Part shown: in pieces, positions 27,015 to 34,957 of the stretch
How the letters are laid out: every line of letters begins with the position of its first letter
Position numbering within the stretch: the stretch's first letter is position 1
From: a virus
Taxonomy: Duplodnaviria > Heunggongvirae > Uroviricota > Caudoviricetes
DNA: 34,957 nt
Strand: one strand, 5' to 3'
Virus record (IMG/VR): IMGVR_UViG_3300029085_000005
Location: 1 to 34,957 of that record
The notes under the pieces: model-generated
What the model saw: the letters and a program-made list of their open reading frames with translations, nothing else
Told to the model about the DNA's origin: nothing
The model's database searches: none
Translations under genes and position numbers: made by a program

Positions 27015-27341
27015 ATGGCGAAAAATTTTGTACAGGACGGTACCTCCATTGAACTGGTGAATGCCGGAGATCAGACCATCCTGAGCGGTGCGGCGGTGGT
27101 GGTCGGCAGTATGGTGGCCGTGGCCATTACCGATATTCCTGCCGGTGATGCCGGTGACGGTTTTGCCGAAGGCGTGTTCCTTCTGCCCAAACAGTCTGCT
27201 GACGACATTCAGTCCGGCGCGGTGGTTTATCTGAAGGACGGGGTTGTGCAGCTGGCTGCAGAGGGTGCGGTGGCCGCGGGGGTAGCCTGGGAAAATGCTC
27301 CTGCAAACAGCGCCACTGTGGCGGTAAAAATCAATGTCTGA
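27015..27341 (+). CDS. small Ala/Gly/Val-rich head protein (decoration or DUF2190-like)
   Basis: 108-aa ORF immediately after the capsid gene; composition typical of small head accessory proteins. Confidence 0.4.
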   Translation: MAKNFVQDGTSIELVNAGDQTILSGAAVVVGSMVAVAITDIPAGDAGDGFAEGVFLLPKQSADDIQSGAVVYLKDGVVQLAAEGAVAAGVAWENAPANSATVAVKINV

Positions 27342-27615
27342 TCTGTTTACGCGAATGTGTTGCCGGATGGACGGGGCGACCGTTCGGGTGATGGGCAAAC
27401 AAGCGGAGATTAACGGCGTCGTGTATGACGTGATGCCTGAGGAAGAGTCCGCGGAGATGGGGGCGCTTTCGGGCAGCCAGTTGTCACTGGTGGTGTTTTC
27501 AGCCCGGTACCGTCCGGCCCGTCATGATGTTGTTGTGTTTGAGGGCCGTACACTGACGGTGACCCGTTATGACACGTACAACGGTAAACCCCGGATTTTT
27601 GTCGAACAGGAATGA
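27334..27615 (+). CDS. putative head completion or head-tail connector protein
   Basis: 93-aa ORF, translationally coupled between the head genes and the Z-like gene. Confidence 0.4.
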   Translation: MSDLFTRMCCRMDGATVRVMGKQAEINGVVYDVMPEEESAEMGALSGSQLSLVVFSARYRPARHDVVVFEGRTLTVTRYDTYNGKPRIFVEQE

Positions 27616-28241
27616 GCATGGCAATAAAAGGTCTGGCGCAGGCCATGAAAAATCTGGATGCAATTGACCGCCGTGCCGTTCCCCGGGCCTCTGCCACGAC
27701 ACTGAACCGCGTGGCGGGGGCCATCATTGCGAAAACGGCCACTTCAGTTGCCAGGGAGCTGGCCGTTCCCCGCCGTCTTATCCGTGCCCGCATCCGGTTA
27801 AGTCCGGCACGACCGGATAAGGTTTATGCAAAGGTTTACATCAATACCGGCAACCTGCCTGCCATCAAACTGGGGGAGGCCCGCGTTCGACTTTCCCGCA
27901 GAAAACGGAGAAAGAAAGGACAGCGTGCGGCCCTGAAAGGGGGAGGCAGTGTGCTGATTGTGGGGAAAAGACGGATCCCGGACGCCTTTATCACCCGGCT
28001 GGCTAACGGACGCTGGCATGTGATGCAGCGTATGCCGTGGGCACCATCGTCCACCGGCGCTGACAGCAAAGGGAGGCCGAAACGCCACCGTCTGCCAATT
28101 GAAGTGGTGAAAATTCCGACTGCCGGACCGCTGGCAGAAACCTTTGAACGTGAACGGGACCGGATGTACCGGGAAAAATTACCAGTGCAGATGATGAAAG
28201 CCATGACGCATCAGTTACGCCTGGTGCTGAAAAGAAAATGA
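27612..28241 (+). CDS. Z: minor tail protein Z-like
   Basis: 209-aa basic protein directly upstream of U and V, in the lambda Z position. Confidence 0.65.
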   Translation: MSMAIKGLAQAMKNLDAIDRRAVPRASATTLNRVAGAIIAKTATSVARELAVPRRLIRARIRLSPARPDKVYAKVYINTGNLPAIKLGEARVRLSRRKRRKKGQRAALKGGGSVLIVGKRRIPDAFITRLANGRWHVMQRMPWAPSSTGADSKGRPKRHRLPIEVVKIPTAGPLAETFERERDRMYREKLPVQMMKAMTHQLRLVLKRK

Positions 28242-28253
28242 CAGGGAGGGTGT

Positions 28254-28652
28254 ATGAAACACCGTGAAATACGGGCGGCAGTTCTGTCTGCCCTGAAAGA
28301 CAATATTTCTGAGCGGGTGAGCTGGTTTGACGGCCGCCCGGTTTTTATTGATGAACAGGAACTGCCTGCTGTTGCTGTTTACCTGACTGATGCGTCTGCT
28401 GCTGACGAGTTCGTTGATGAGGGGACCTGGGAGGCGACACTGCATATTGAAGTTTTTCTCAGGGCAAAAGAACCGGACTCGGCACTGGATATGTGGATGG
28501 AAGAGAAAATCCTTCCTGCGCTGGAGGCGGTTCCCGGCCTCAGTGCGTTACTGCTGAAGATGAATCTTCAGGGGTATGACTACCGCCGGGATGATGAGTT
28601 TATGATGTGGGGATCGGCAGATCTCCTGTGGAAAATTACCTACGAGATGTGA
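28254..28652 (+). CDS. U: tail terminator protein gpU
   Basis: [16 protein letters not shown]...LHIEVFL...GYDYRRDD...ITYEM parallels lambda gpU (MKHTELRAAVLDALEK...LHIEVFL...GYDYRRDD...ITYEM). Confidence 0.85.
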   Translation: MKHREIRAAVLSALKDNISERVSWFDGRPVFIDEQELPAVAVYLTDASAADEFVDEGTWEATLHIEVFLRAKEPDSALDMWMEEKILPALEAVPGLSALLLKMNLQGYDYRRDDEFMMWGSADLLWKITYEM

Positions 28653-28659
28653 GGACGAT

Positions 28660-29406
28660 ATGGCAACACCAAATCCCCTGGAGCCGGTAAAAGGTGCCGG
28701 TACCACTCTGTGGGTTTACAACGGCAAGGCTGATGCTTATGCAAACCCGTTGTCAGACGATGACTGGCAGCGACTGGCTAAGGTGAAGGATCTGACGCCG
28801 GGCGAGATGACGGCTGAACCCTACGATGATAACTACCTGGATGATGAAGACGCGGACTGGACCGCGACCGGGCAGGGACAGAAATCTGCAGGTGATACCA
28901 GTTTTACGCTGGCCTGGAAACCGGGAGAGGAAGGCCAGAAAGGGCTTATAGGCTGGTTTGAAAGCGGCGATGTCCGGGCCTATAAAATCCGTTTTCCGAA
29001 TGGCACGGTGGATGTGTTTCGTGGCTGGGTCAGCAGTATCGGTAAGGCCGTGACGGCGAAAGAAGTGATCACCCGCACGGTGAAAGTCACTAACGTGGGT
29101 AAACCTTCTGTAGCGGAAGAACGCAGCAAAATTACGCCGGTCACTGCGATTAAGGTAACGCCGACAGGTACGGTTGAAAAAGGGAAAACAACCACCCTGA
29201 CCGTTACTGTGGAACCGGAAAATGCAACGGATAAGACATTCAGGGCGATTTCCGCCGATCCATCGAAAGCCACCATTAGCGTGAAAGATATGACGATTAC
29301 TGTGACGGGGGTTAAGGATGGAAAAGTCAGCATCCCTGTGATTTCCGGTAATGGTCAGTTTGCTGCGGTGGCTGAAATTACCGTTAATAATGTGCCGGGT
29401 GGCTAA
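28660..29406 (+). CDS. V: major tail tube protein gpV with C-terminal Ig-like domain
   Basis: 248 aa in the V position; C-terminal Thr/Val-rich segment ([22 protein letters not shown]...) typical of a Big_2-type Ig-like domain. Confidence 0.85.
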   Translation: MATPNPLEPVKGAGTTLWVYNGKADAYANPLSDDDWQRLAKVKDLTPGEMTAEPYDDNYLDDEDADWTATGQGQKSAGDTSFTLAWKPGEEGQKGLIGWFESGDVRAYKIRFPNGTVDVFRGWVSSIGKAVTAKEVITRTVKVTNVGKPSVAEERSKITPVTAIKVTPTGTVEKGKTTTLTVTVEPENATDKTFRAISADPSKATISVKDMTITVTGVKDGKVSIPVISGNGQFAAVAEITVNNVPGG

Positions 29407-29424
29407 AGAGCTGAGAGATAAGCG

Positions 29425-29856
29425 ATGTTCCTGAAAACAGAACAATTTGAATATAACGGTGTATCCGTCACGCTTTCTGAGCTGTCTGCGCTGCAGCGTA
29501 TTGAGCATCTTGCCCTCCTGAAACGGCGGGCAGAAGAGGCTGAAGCCACCGGCAACCTGCAGGTGAGTGTGGAAGATCTTGTCAGAACCGGCGCGTTTCT
29601 GGTGGCGATGTCCCTGTGGCATAACCATCCACAGAAAACGCAGTCACCGTCAATGAATGAGGCCGTGATGAAGATAGAGCAGGAAGTGCTCACCACCTGG
29701 CCTGCCGATGCCATTGCCCGGGCGGAAGACGTGGTGTTGTGCCTGTCCGGGATGATCGAAGCTGTTCGTCCGGATACTGATATTACTGAAGTGGCGAAAA
29801 ATAACACGCTGACTGATGATGATTTTTCTGCGGGAAAGTCTTCGACGGTGAGCTGA
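29425..29856 (+). CDS. G: tail assembly chaperone gpG
   Basis: 143-aa ORF upstream of the tape measure gene, with the GGGAAAG slippery heptamer near its 3' end. Confidence 0.75.
   Translation: MFLKTEQFEYNGVSVTLSELSALQRIEHLALLKRRAEEAEATGNLQVSVEDLVRTGAFLVAMSLWHNHPQKTQSPSMNEAVMKIEQEVLTTWPADAIARAEDVVLCLSGMIEAVRPDTDITEVAKNNTLTDDDFSAGKSSTVS
29832..29838 (+). promoter_or_regulatory. -1 programmed ribosomal frameshift slippery site (G GGA AAG) for the G-T fusion
   Basis: gcgggaaag read near the end of G; the -1 frame stays open through 30287, giving the T extension. Same heptamer and geometry as lambda G/GT. Confidence 0.6.
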
Positions 29857-29882
29857 ACTTTGCCCTCAGACTGGCGCGTGAG

Positions 29883-30287
29883 ATGGGGAGACCCGACTGG
29901 CGCGCCATGCTTGCCGGGATGACATCCACCGAATATGCCGACTGGCACCGTTTTTACCGCACGCATTATTTTCAGGATACCCAGCTGGATATGCATTTTT
30001 CCGGGCTGACGTACGCTGTACTCAGCCTGTTTTTTTGCGATCCGGATATGCATCCCTCTGATTTCAGTCTGCTTGTCCCCCGGCATGAGGAAGAGCAGGT
30101 GGAGAGGCCGGATGAGGACGATATGCTGATGCGGAAAGCGGCAGGTCTTTCTGGTGGTGTCCGCTTTGGGGCTGACGGGAAGGAAATCGTTATGGTCAGT
30201 GATGACATGCGGAGCAGTACAGAGGATGAAGCCATGCTGATGATGGTGTCTGAGGGAATTCCAGGAGGTGTACGCTATGGCGGGTAA
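29883..30287 (+). CDS. T: gpT portion of the G-T frameshift product (T frame)
   Basis: ORF 29883..30287 in the -1 frame relative to G; as a frameshift product the coding region continues from the slippery site. Confidence 0.6.
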   Translation: MGRPDWRAMLAGMTSTEYADWHRFYRTHYFQDTQLDMHFSGLTYAVLSLFFCDPDMHPSDFSLLVPRHEEEQVERPDEDDMLMRKAAGLSGGVRFGADGKEIVMVSDDMRSSTEDEAMLMMVSEGIPGGVRYGG

Positions 30288-32883
30288 TTTTGCCGATCTG
30301 ACAGCTGTTCTTACACTGGATTCAACCCGTTTTTCTGAAGAGGCTGCACGGGTAAAGAAAGAACTGGGTGAAACCAGTGACCTTGCGGATTTGATGGCCG
30401 GGCGTGTCAGCCAGTCTTTTAAGAAACAGGCCGCTGCTGTTGAGCAGGGCCTGAGCCGCCAGGCGCTGGCTGCACAAAAAGCCGGGATTTCCGTCGGGCA
30501 GTATAAAGCGGCCATGCGAACCCTGCCCGCACAGTTTACGGATATCGCCACGCAGCTTGCCGGTGGTCAGAATCCCTGGCTCATCCTGCTGCAACAGGGC
30601 GGTCAGGTGAAGGACTCCTTCGGCGGGATGATCCCCATGTTCCGGGGGCTTGCCGGTGCGATCACCCTGCCGATGGTCGGGGTCACCTCGCTGGCGGTGG
30701 CGACAGGTGCGCTGGTGTACGCCTGGTACCAGGGAGATTCCACGCTTTCAGCGTTTAATAAAACCCTGGTTCTTTCCGGTAATCAGTCCGGACTGACTGC
30801 CGATCGTATGCTGACTCTCTCAAGAGCCGGGCAGGCAGCAGGGCTGACGTTTAACCAGGCGAGAGAGTCACTGGCAGCCCTGGTGAATGCCGGTGTGCGT
30901 GGTGGTGAACAGTTTGATGCCATCAACCAGAGTGTCGCGCGTTTTGCGTCTGCATCCGGTGTGGAGGTGGATAAAGTCGCTGAAGCCTTCGGGAAGCTGA
31001 CCACTGACCCGACGTCGGGACTGATGGCGATGGCGCGCCAGTTCCGTAACGTGACGGCAGAGCAGATTGCGTATGTTGCACAGCTGCAGCGTTCCGGAGA
31101 CGAGGCTGGGGCATTGCAGGCGGCGAACGATATCGCCACGAAAGGCTTTGATGAGCAGACCCGTCGCCTGAAAGAAAACATGGGAACACTGGAGACCTGG
31201 GCGGATAAAACAGGGAAGGCATTCAAATCGATGTGGGATGCCATTCTGGATATCGGTCGTCCGGAATCCTCAGCGGATATGCTCGCCAGTGCGCAGAAGG
31301 CATTTGATGAGGCGGATAAAAAATGGCAGTGGTACCAGAGTCGGAGCCAGCGCCGCGGTAAAACCTCCTCTTTCCGGGCCAACCTTCAGGGCGCATGGGA
31401 TGACCGGGAAAATGCCCGTCTGGGTCTGGCAGCGGCAACGCTGCAGTCGGATATGGAAAAAGCCGGTGAACTGGCGGCAAGGGACAGGGCTGAGCGTGAG
31501 TCGTCACAGCTGAAGTATACCGGAGAGGCGCAGAAGGCGTATGAGCGCCTGCTGACGCCACTGGAGAAATATACCGCCCGGCAGGAAGAGCTGAATAAGG
31601 CCCTGAAAGACGGGAAAATCCTGCAGGCGGATTACAACACGCTGATGGCGTCGGCAAAAAAGGATTATGAGTCGACGCAGAAAAAGCCGTCCGGTGTGAA
31701 GGTGTCTGCCGGTGAGCGCCAGGAAGACCAGGCGCATGCAGCCCTGCTGGCGCTTGAAACTGAGCTCAGGACGCTGGAGAAGCACAGCGGTGCGAATGAA
31801 AAAATCAGCCAGCAGCGCCGTGATTTATGGAAAGCGGAAAATCAGTATGTGGTCCTGAAAGAGGCCGCCACGAAACGGCAGTTATCTGAGCAGGAAAAAT
31901 CCCTGCTGGCTCATGAGAAAGAGACGCTGGAGTACAAACGCCAGCTGGCTGAGCTGGGAGACAAGATTGAACACCAGAAGCGGCTGAATGAGCTGGCACA
32001 GCAGGCGGCGTGGTTTGAACAGCAGCAAAGCGCGAAGCAGGCGGCAATCAGCGCAAAAGCCCGCGGCCTCACCGACCGTCAGGCGCAGCGGGAGTCGGAA
32101 GAGCAGCGCCTTCGTGAGGTGTACGGTGATAATCCGGCTGCGCTGGCGAAGGCCACATCTGCACTGAAGAACACCTGGTCTGCGGAGGAGCAGCTTCGTG
32201 GAAGCTGGATGGCCGGGATGAAGTCCGGCTGGGGAGAGTGGGCGGAAAGTGCGACGGACAGTTTTTCGCAGGTTAAAAGTGTGGCCACGCAGACCTTTGA
32301 TGGTATTGCACAGAATATGGCGGCGATGCTGACCGGCAGCGAACAGAACTGGCGCAGCTTCACCCGTTCCGTGCTGTCCATGATGACAGAAATTCTGCTT
32401 AAGCAGGCAATGGTGGGGATTGTCGGGAGTATCGGCAGCGCCATTGGCGGGGCTGTTGGTGGCGGCGCATCCGCGTCAGGCGGTACAGCCATTCAGGCCG
32501 CTGCGGCGAAATTCCATTTTGCAACCGGAGGATTTACGGGAACCGGCGGCAAATATGAGCCAGCGGGGATTGTTCACCGTGGTGAATTTGTCTTCACGAA
32601 GGAGGCAACCAGCCGGATTGGCGTGGGAAATCTCTACCGGCTGATGCGCGGCTATGCCACCGGCGGTTATGTCGGTACACAGGGCAGCATGGCGGACAGC
32701 CGGTCGCAGGCGTCCGGGACGTTTGAGCAGAATAACCATGTGGTGATTAACAACGACGGCACGAACGGTCAGATAGGGCCACAGGCACTGAAGGCTGTTT
32801 ATGACGTAGCCCGTAAGGCGGCAATGGATGTTGTGACCGGGCAGATGCGCGATGGTGGTCTGTTCTCCGGAGGTGGACGATGA
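30268..32883 (+). CDS. H: tail tape measure protein (lambda gpH-like)
   Basis: 871 aa, long coiled-coil-rich central region, positioned between G-T and M. Confidence 0.9.
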   Translation: MYAMAGNFADLTAVLTLDSTRFSEEAARVKKELGETSDLADLMAGRVSQSFKKQAAAVEQGLSRQALAAQKAGISVGQYKAAMRTLPAQFTDIATQLAGGQNPWLILLQQGGQVKDSFGGMIPMFRGLAGAITLPMVGVTSLAVATGALVYAWYQGDSTLSAFNKTLVLSGNQSGLTADRMLTLSRAGQAAGLTFNQARESLAALVNAGVRGGEQFDAINQSVARFASASGVEVDKVAEAFGKLTTDPTSGLMAMARQFRNVTAEQIAYVAQLQRSGDEAGALQAANDIATKGFDEQTRRLKENMGTLETWADKTGKAFKSMWDAILDIGRPESSADMLASAQKAFDEADKKWQWYQSRSQRRGKTSSFRANLQGAWDDRENARLGLAAATLQSDMEKAGELAARDRAERESSQLKYTGEAQKAYERLLTPLEKYTARQEELNKALKDGKILQADYNTLMASAKKDYESTQKKPSGVKVSAGERQEDQAHAALLALETELRTLEKHSGANEKISQQRRDLWKAENQYVVLKEAATKRQLSEQEKSLLAHEKETLEYKRQLAELGDKIEHQKRLNELAQQAAWFEQQQSAKQAAISAKARGLTDRQAQRESEEQRLREVYGDNPAALAKATSALKNTWSAEEQLRGSWMAGMKSGWGEWAESATDSFSQVKSVATQTFDGIAQNMAAMLTGSEQNWRSFTRSVLSMMTEILLKQAMVGIVGSIGSAIGGAVGGGASASGGTAIQAAAAKFHFATGGFTGTGGKYEPAGIVHRGEFVFTKEATSRIGVGNLYRLMRGYATGGYVGTQGSMADSRSQASGTFEQNNHVVINNDGTNGQIGPQALKAVYDVARKAAMDVVTGQMRDGGLFSGGGR

Positions 32884-33209
32884 AGACCTTCCGCTGGAAA
32901 GTGAAACCCGGTATGGATGTGGCTTCGGCCCCTTCCGTAAGAAAGGTGCGCTTTGGTGATGGCTATTCCCAGCGTGCGCCTGCCGGGCTGAACGCTGACC
33001 TGAAAACGTACAGCGTGACGCTTTCTGTCTCCCGCGAGGAGGCCACGGCACTTGAGTCGTTTCTGGCTGAGCACGGGGGCTGGAAATCCTTTCTGTGGAC
33101 GCCGCCTTATGAGTGGCGGCAGATAAAGGTGACCTGCGCAAAATGGTCGTCGCGGGTCAGTATGCTGCGTGTTGAGTTCAGCGCAGAGTTTGAACAGGTG
33201 GTGAACTGA
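32880..33209 (+). CDS. M: minor tail protein M
   Basis: 109 aa in the lambda M position, coupled to the H stop. Confidence 0.85.
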   Translation: MKTFRWKVKPGMDVASAPSVRKVRFGDGYSQRAPAGLNADLKTYSVTLSVSREEATALESFLAEHGGWKSFLWTPPYEWRQIKVTCAKWSSRVSMLRVEFSAEFEQVVN

Positions 33210-33907
33210 TGCAGGATATCCGGCAGGAAACACTGAATGAATGCACCCGTGCGGAGCAGTCGGCCAGCGTGGTGCTCTGGGAAATCGACCTGACAGAGGT
33301 CGGTGGAGAACATTATTTTTTCTGTAATGAGCAGAACGAAAAAGGTGAGCCGGTCACCTGGCAGGGGCGACAGTATCAGCCGTATCCCATTCAGGGGAGT
33401 GGTTTTGAACTGAATGGCAAAGGCACCAGTACGCGCCCCACGCTGACGGTTTCTAACCTGTACGGTATGGTTACCGGTATGGTGGAAGATATGCAGAGTC
33501 TGGTCGGCGGAACGGTGGTCAGGCGTAAGGTTTACGCCCGTTTTCTGGATGCGGTGAACTTCGTCAACGGAAACAGCGACGCCGATCCGGAGCAGGAGGT
33601 GATCAGTCGCTGGCGCATCGAGCAGTGCAGCGAACTGAGCGCGGTCAGTGCCTCCTTTGTACTGTCCACGCCGACGGAAACGGACGGCGCTGTTTTTCCG
33701 GGACGTATCATGCTGGCCAACACCTGCACCTGGACCTATCGCGGCGATGAGTGCGGTTATAGCGGTCCGGCGGTCGCGGATGAATATGATCAGCCGACGT
33801 CCGATATCACGAAGGATAAATGCAGCAAATGCCTGAGTGGCTGTAAGTTCCGCAATAACGTCGGCAACTTTGGCGGCTTCCTTTCCATTAACAAACTTTC
33901 GCAGTAA
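33209..33907 (+). CDS. L: minor tail protein L
   Basis: 232 aa in the lambda L position, with a C-terminal Cys cluster (CTWTYRGDECGY...CSKCLSGC). Confidence 0.85.
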   Translation: MQDIRQETLNECTRAEQSASVVLWEIDLTEVGGEHYFFCNEQNEKGEPVTWQGRQYQPYPIQGSGFELNGKGTSTRPTLTVSNLYGMVTGMVEDMQSLVGGTVVRRKVYARFLDAVNFVNGNSDADPEQEVISRWRIEQCSELSAVSASFVLSTPTETDGAVFPGRIMLANTCTWTYRGDECGYSGPAVADEYDQPTSDITKDKCSKCLSGCKFRNNVGNFGGFLSINKLSQ

Positions 33908-33912
33908 ATCCC

Positions 33913-34656
33913 ATGACAGAGACAGAATCAGCGATTCTGGCGCACGCCCGGCGATGCGCGCCAGCGGAGTCGTGCGGCTTCGTGGTGAGAACGCCGGAGG
34001 GGGAAAGATATTTTCCCTGCGTGAATATCTCCGGTGAGCCGGAGGCGTATTTCCGTATGTCGCCGGAAGACTGGCTGCAGGCAGAAATGCAGGGTGAGAT
34101 TGTGGCGCTGGTCCACAGCCACCCCGGTGGTCTGCCCTGGCTGAGTGAGGCCGACAGGCGGCTGCAGGTGCAGAGTGATTTGCCGTGGTGGCTGGTCTGC
34201 CGGGGAGTGATTCATAAGTTCCGCTGTGTGCCGCATCTCACCGGGCGGCGTTTTGAGCACGGGGTGACAGACTGTTATACGCTGTTCCGCGATGCCTATC
34301 ATCTTGCAGGTATCGATTTGCCGGATTTTTACCGACATGATGACTGGTGGAAATCAGGTCAGAATCTCTATCTGGATAATCTGGAGGCCACAGGGCTGTA
34401 TCAGGTGGCGTTGTCATCAGCACAACCGGGCGATGTGCTGCTGTGCTGTTTTGGTTCATCGGTGCCGAATCATGCCGCCATTTACTGTGGTGATGGCGAG
34501 CTGCTGCACCATATTCCTGAACAACTGAGCAAACGAGAGAGGTATACCGACAAATGGCAGCGACGCACACACTCCCTCTGGCGTCACCGGGCATGGCACG
34601 CATCTGCCTTTACGGGGATTTACAACGATTTGGCCGCCGCATCGATCTTCGTGTGA
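33913..34656 (+). CDS. K: tail assembly protein K (MPN/JAB + NlpC/P60 domains)
   Basis: 247 aa; ALVHSHPGG (JAMM-like) and a C-terminal NlpC/P60-like region with Cys/His; lambda K position. Confidence 0.85.
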   Translation: MTETESAILAHARRCAPAESCGFVVRTPEGERYFPCVNISGEPEAYFRMSPEDWLQAEMQGEIVALVHSHPGGLPWLSEADRRLQVQSDLPWWLVCRGVIHKFRCVPHLTGRRFEHGVTDCYTLFRDAYHLAGIDLPDFYRHDDWWKSGQNLYLDNLEATGLYQVALSSAQPGDVLLCCFGSSVPNHAAIYCGDGELLHHIPEQLSKRERYTDKWQRRTHSLWRHRAWHASAFTGIYNDLAAASIFV

Positions 34657-34957
34657 AAACGGGGGCTGAAGCTATCCGGGCGCTGGCCACACAGCTCCCG
34701 GCGTTTCGTCAGAAACTGAGCGACGGCTGGTATCAGGTACGGATTGCCGGACGGGATGTCAGCACGTCCGGATTAACGGCGCAGTTACATGAGACTCTGC
34801 CTGATGGCGCTGTGATTCATATTGTTCCCAGAGTCGCCGGGGCCAAGTCAGGTGGCGTATTCCAGATTGTCCTGGGAGCTGCCGCCATTGCCGGATCATT
34901 CTTTACTGCCGGAGCCACCCTTGCAGCATGGGGGGCAGCCATTGGGGCCGGTGGTAT
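34554..34957 (+). CDS. I: tail assembly protein I (3'-truncated by window end)
   Basis: Hand translation MAATHTLPLASPGMARICLYGDLQRFGRRIDLRVKTGAEAIRALATQLPAFRQKLSDGWYQVRIAGRDVSTSGLTAQLHETLPDGAVIHIVPRVAGAKSGGVFQ... matches lambda gpI nearly residue for residue from memory; overlaps the K 3' end as in lambda; runs off the window. Confidence 0.75.
   Translation, partial: MAATHTLPLASPGMARICLYGDLQRFGRRIDLRVKTGAEAIRALATQLPAFRQKLSDGWYQVRIAGRDVSTSGLTAQLHETLPDGAVIHIVPRVAGAKSGGVFQIVLGAAAIAGSFFTAGATLAAWGAAIGAGG

Noticed and set aside
21319-34603. Numerous minus-strand and alternative-frame ORFs across the terminase, head and tail genes (for example 22474..23046, 25107..25454, 26448..26948, 28753..29628, 29403..30551, 30783..31382, 32476..33141, 34238..34603)
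   Set aside because: All are antisense to, or nested in, long and well-supported structural genes in a GC-rich region where spurious open frames are expected; their translations are Arg/Pro/Ser-rich without domain signatures.
1-34957. CRISPR array, integrase or att sites, insertion sequences
   Set aside because: No spaced direct repeats of CRISPR type, no integrase or transposase-like ORF, and no recognisable terminal inverted repeats were seen; the window appears internal to the phage genome.

Overview
This window reads as a nearly continuous stretch of a lambdoid phage or prophage genome of Enterobacteriaceae type, mosaic between Rac-like, lambda-like and phage-21-like modules. Minus strand, 1-6.2 kb: early-left operon with a Lar/RalR-like gene, recT, recE and several small ORFs, ending at a CI/LexA-type repressor gene that is split across reading frames. 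Plus strand, 6.2-13.9 kb: Cro-like (YdaS family) and YdaT-like genes, an O-like replication initiator with internal iterons, a DnaC-like helicase loader, then a nin-like region (two winged-helix proteins, a QueH/DUF208-like gene, a hok/mok type I toxin locus, a DUF968 protein, RusA) and a lambda-type Q antiterminator with PR'/qut and tR'. 13.9-16.7 kb: late-operon cargo comprising a small winged-helix ORF, a frameshifted beta-class DNA methyltransferase, three tRNA-like genes (Ile2-CAU, a degenerate Arg-UCG-like, Arg-UCU) and two tandem copies of a roughly 220-240 bp structured non-coding module. 16.7-20.4 kb: lysis cassette (S21-like pinholin, an unexplained 296-aa ORF, R21-like SAR endolysin, two small membrane-protein ORFs, Rz/Rz1) plus two small ORFs and a terminator. 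20.4-34.9 kb: cos-like region and lambda-type morphogenesis genes (small and large terminase, W, portal, ClpP-like protease fused to major capsid, Z, U, V, G/G-T with a GGGAAAG slippery site, tape measure H, M, L, K, I truncated at the window edge). No att site, integrase or CRISPR array is visible. All calls rest on reading the ORF translations and the DNA by eye, with no database search run. Coordinates taken from the ORF track are reliable; hand-counted coordinates (tRNAs, terminators, promoters, repeats, small ORFs) may be off by 1-2 nt.
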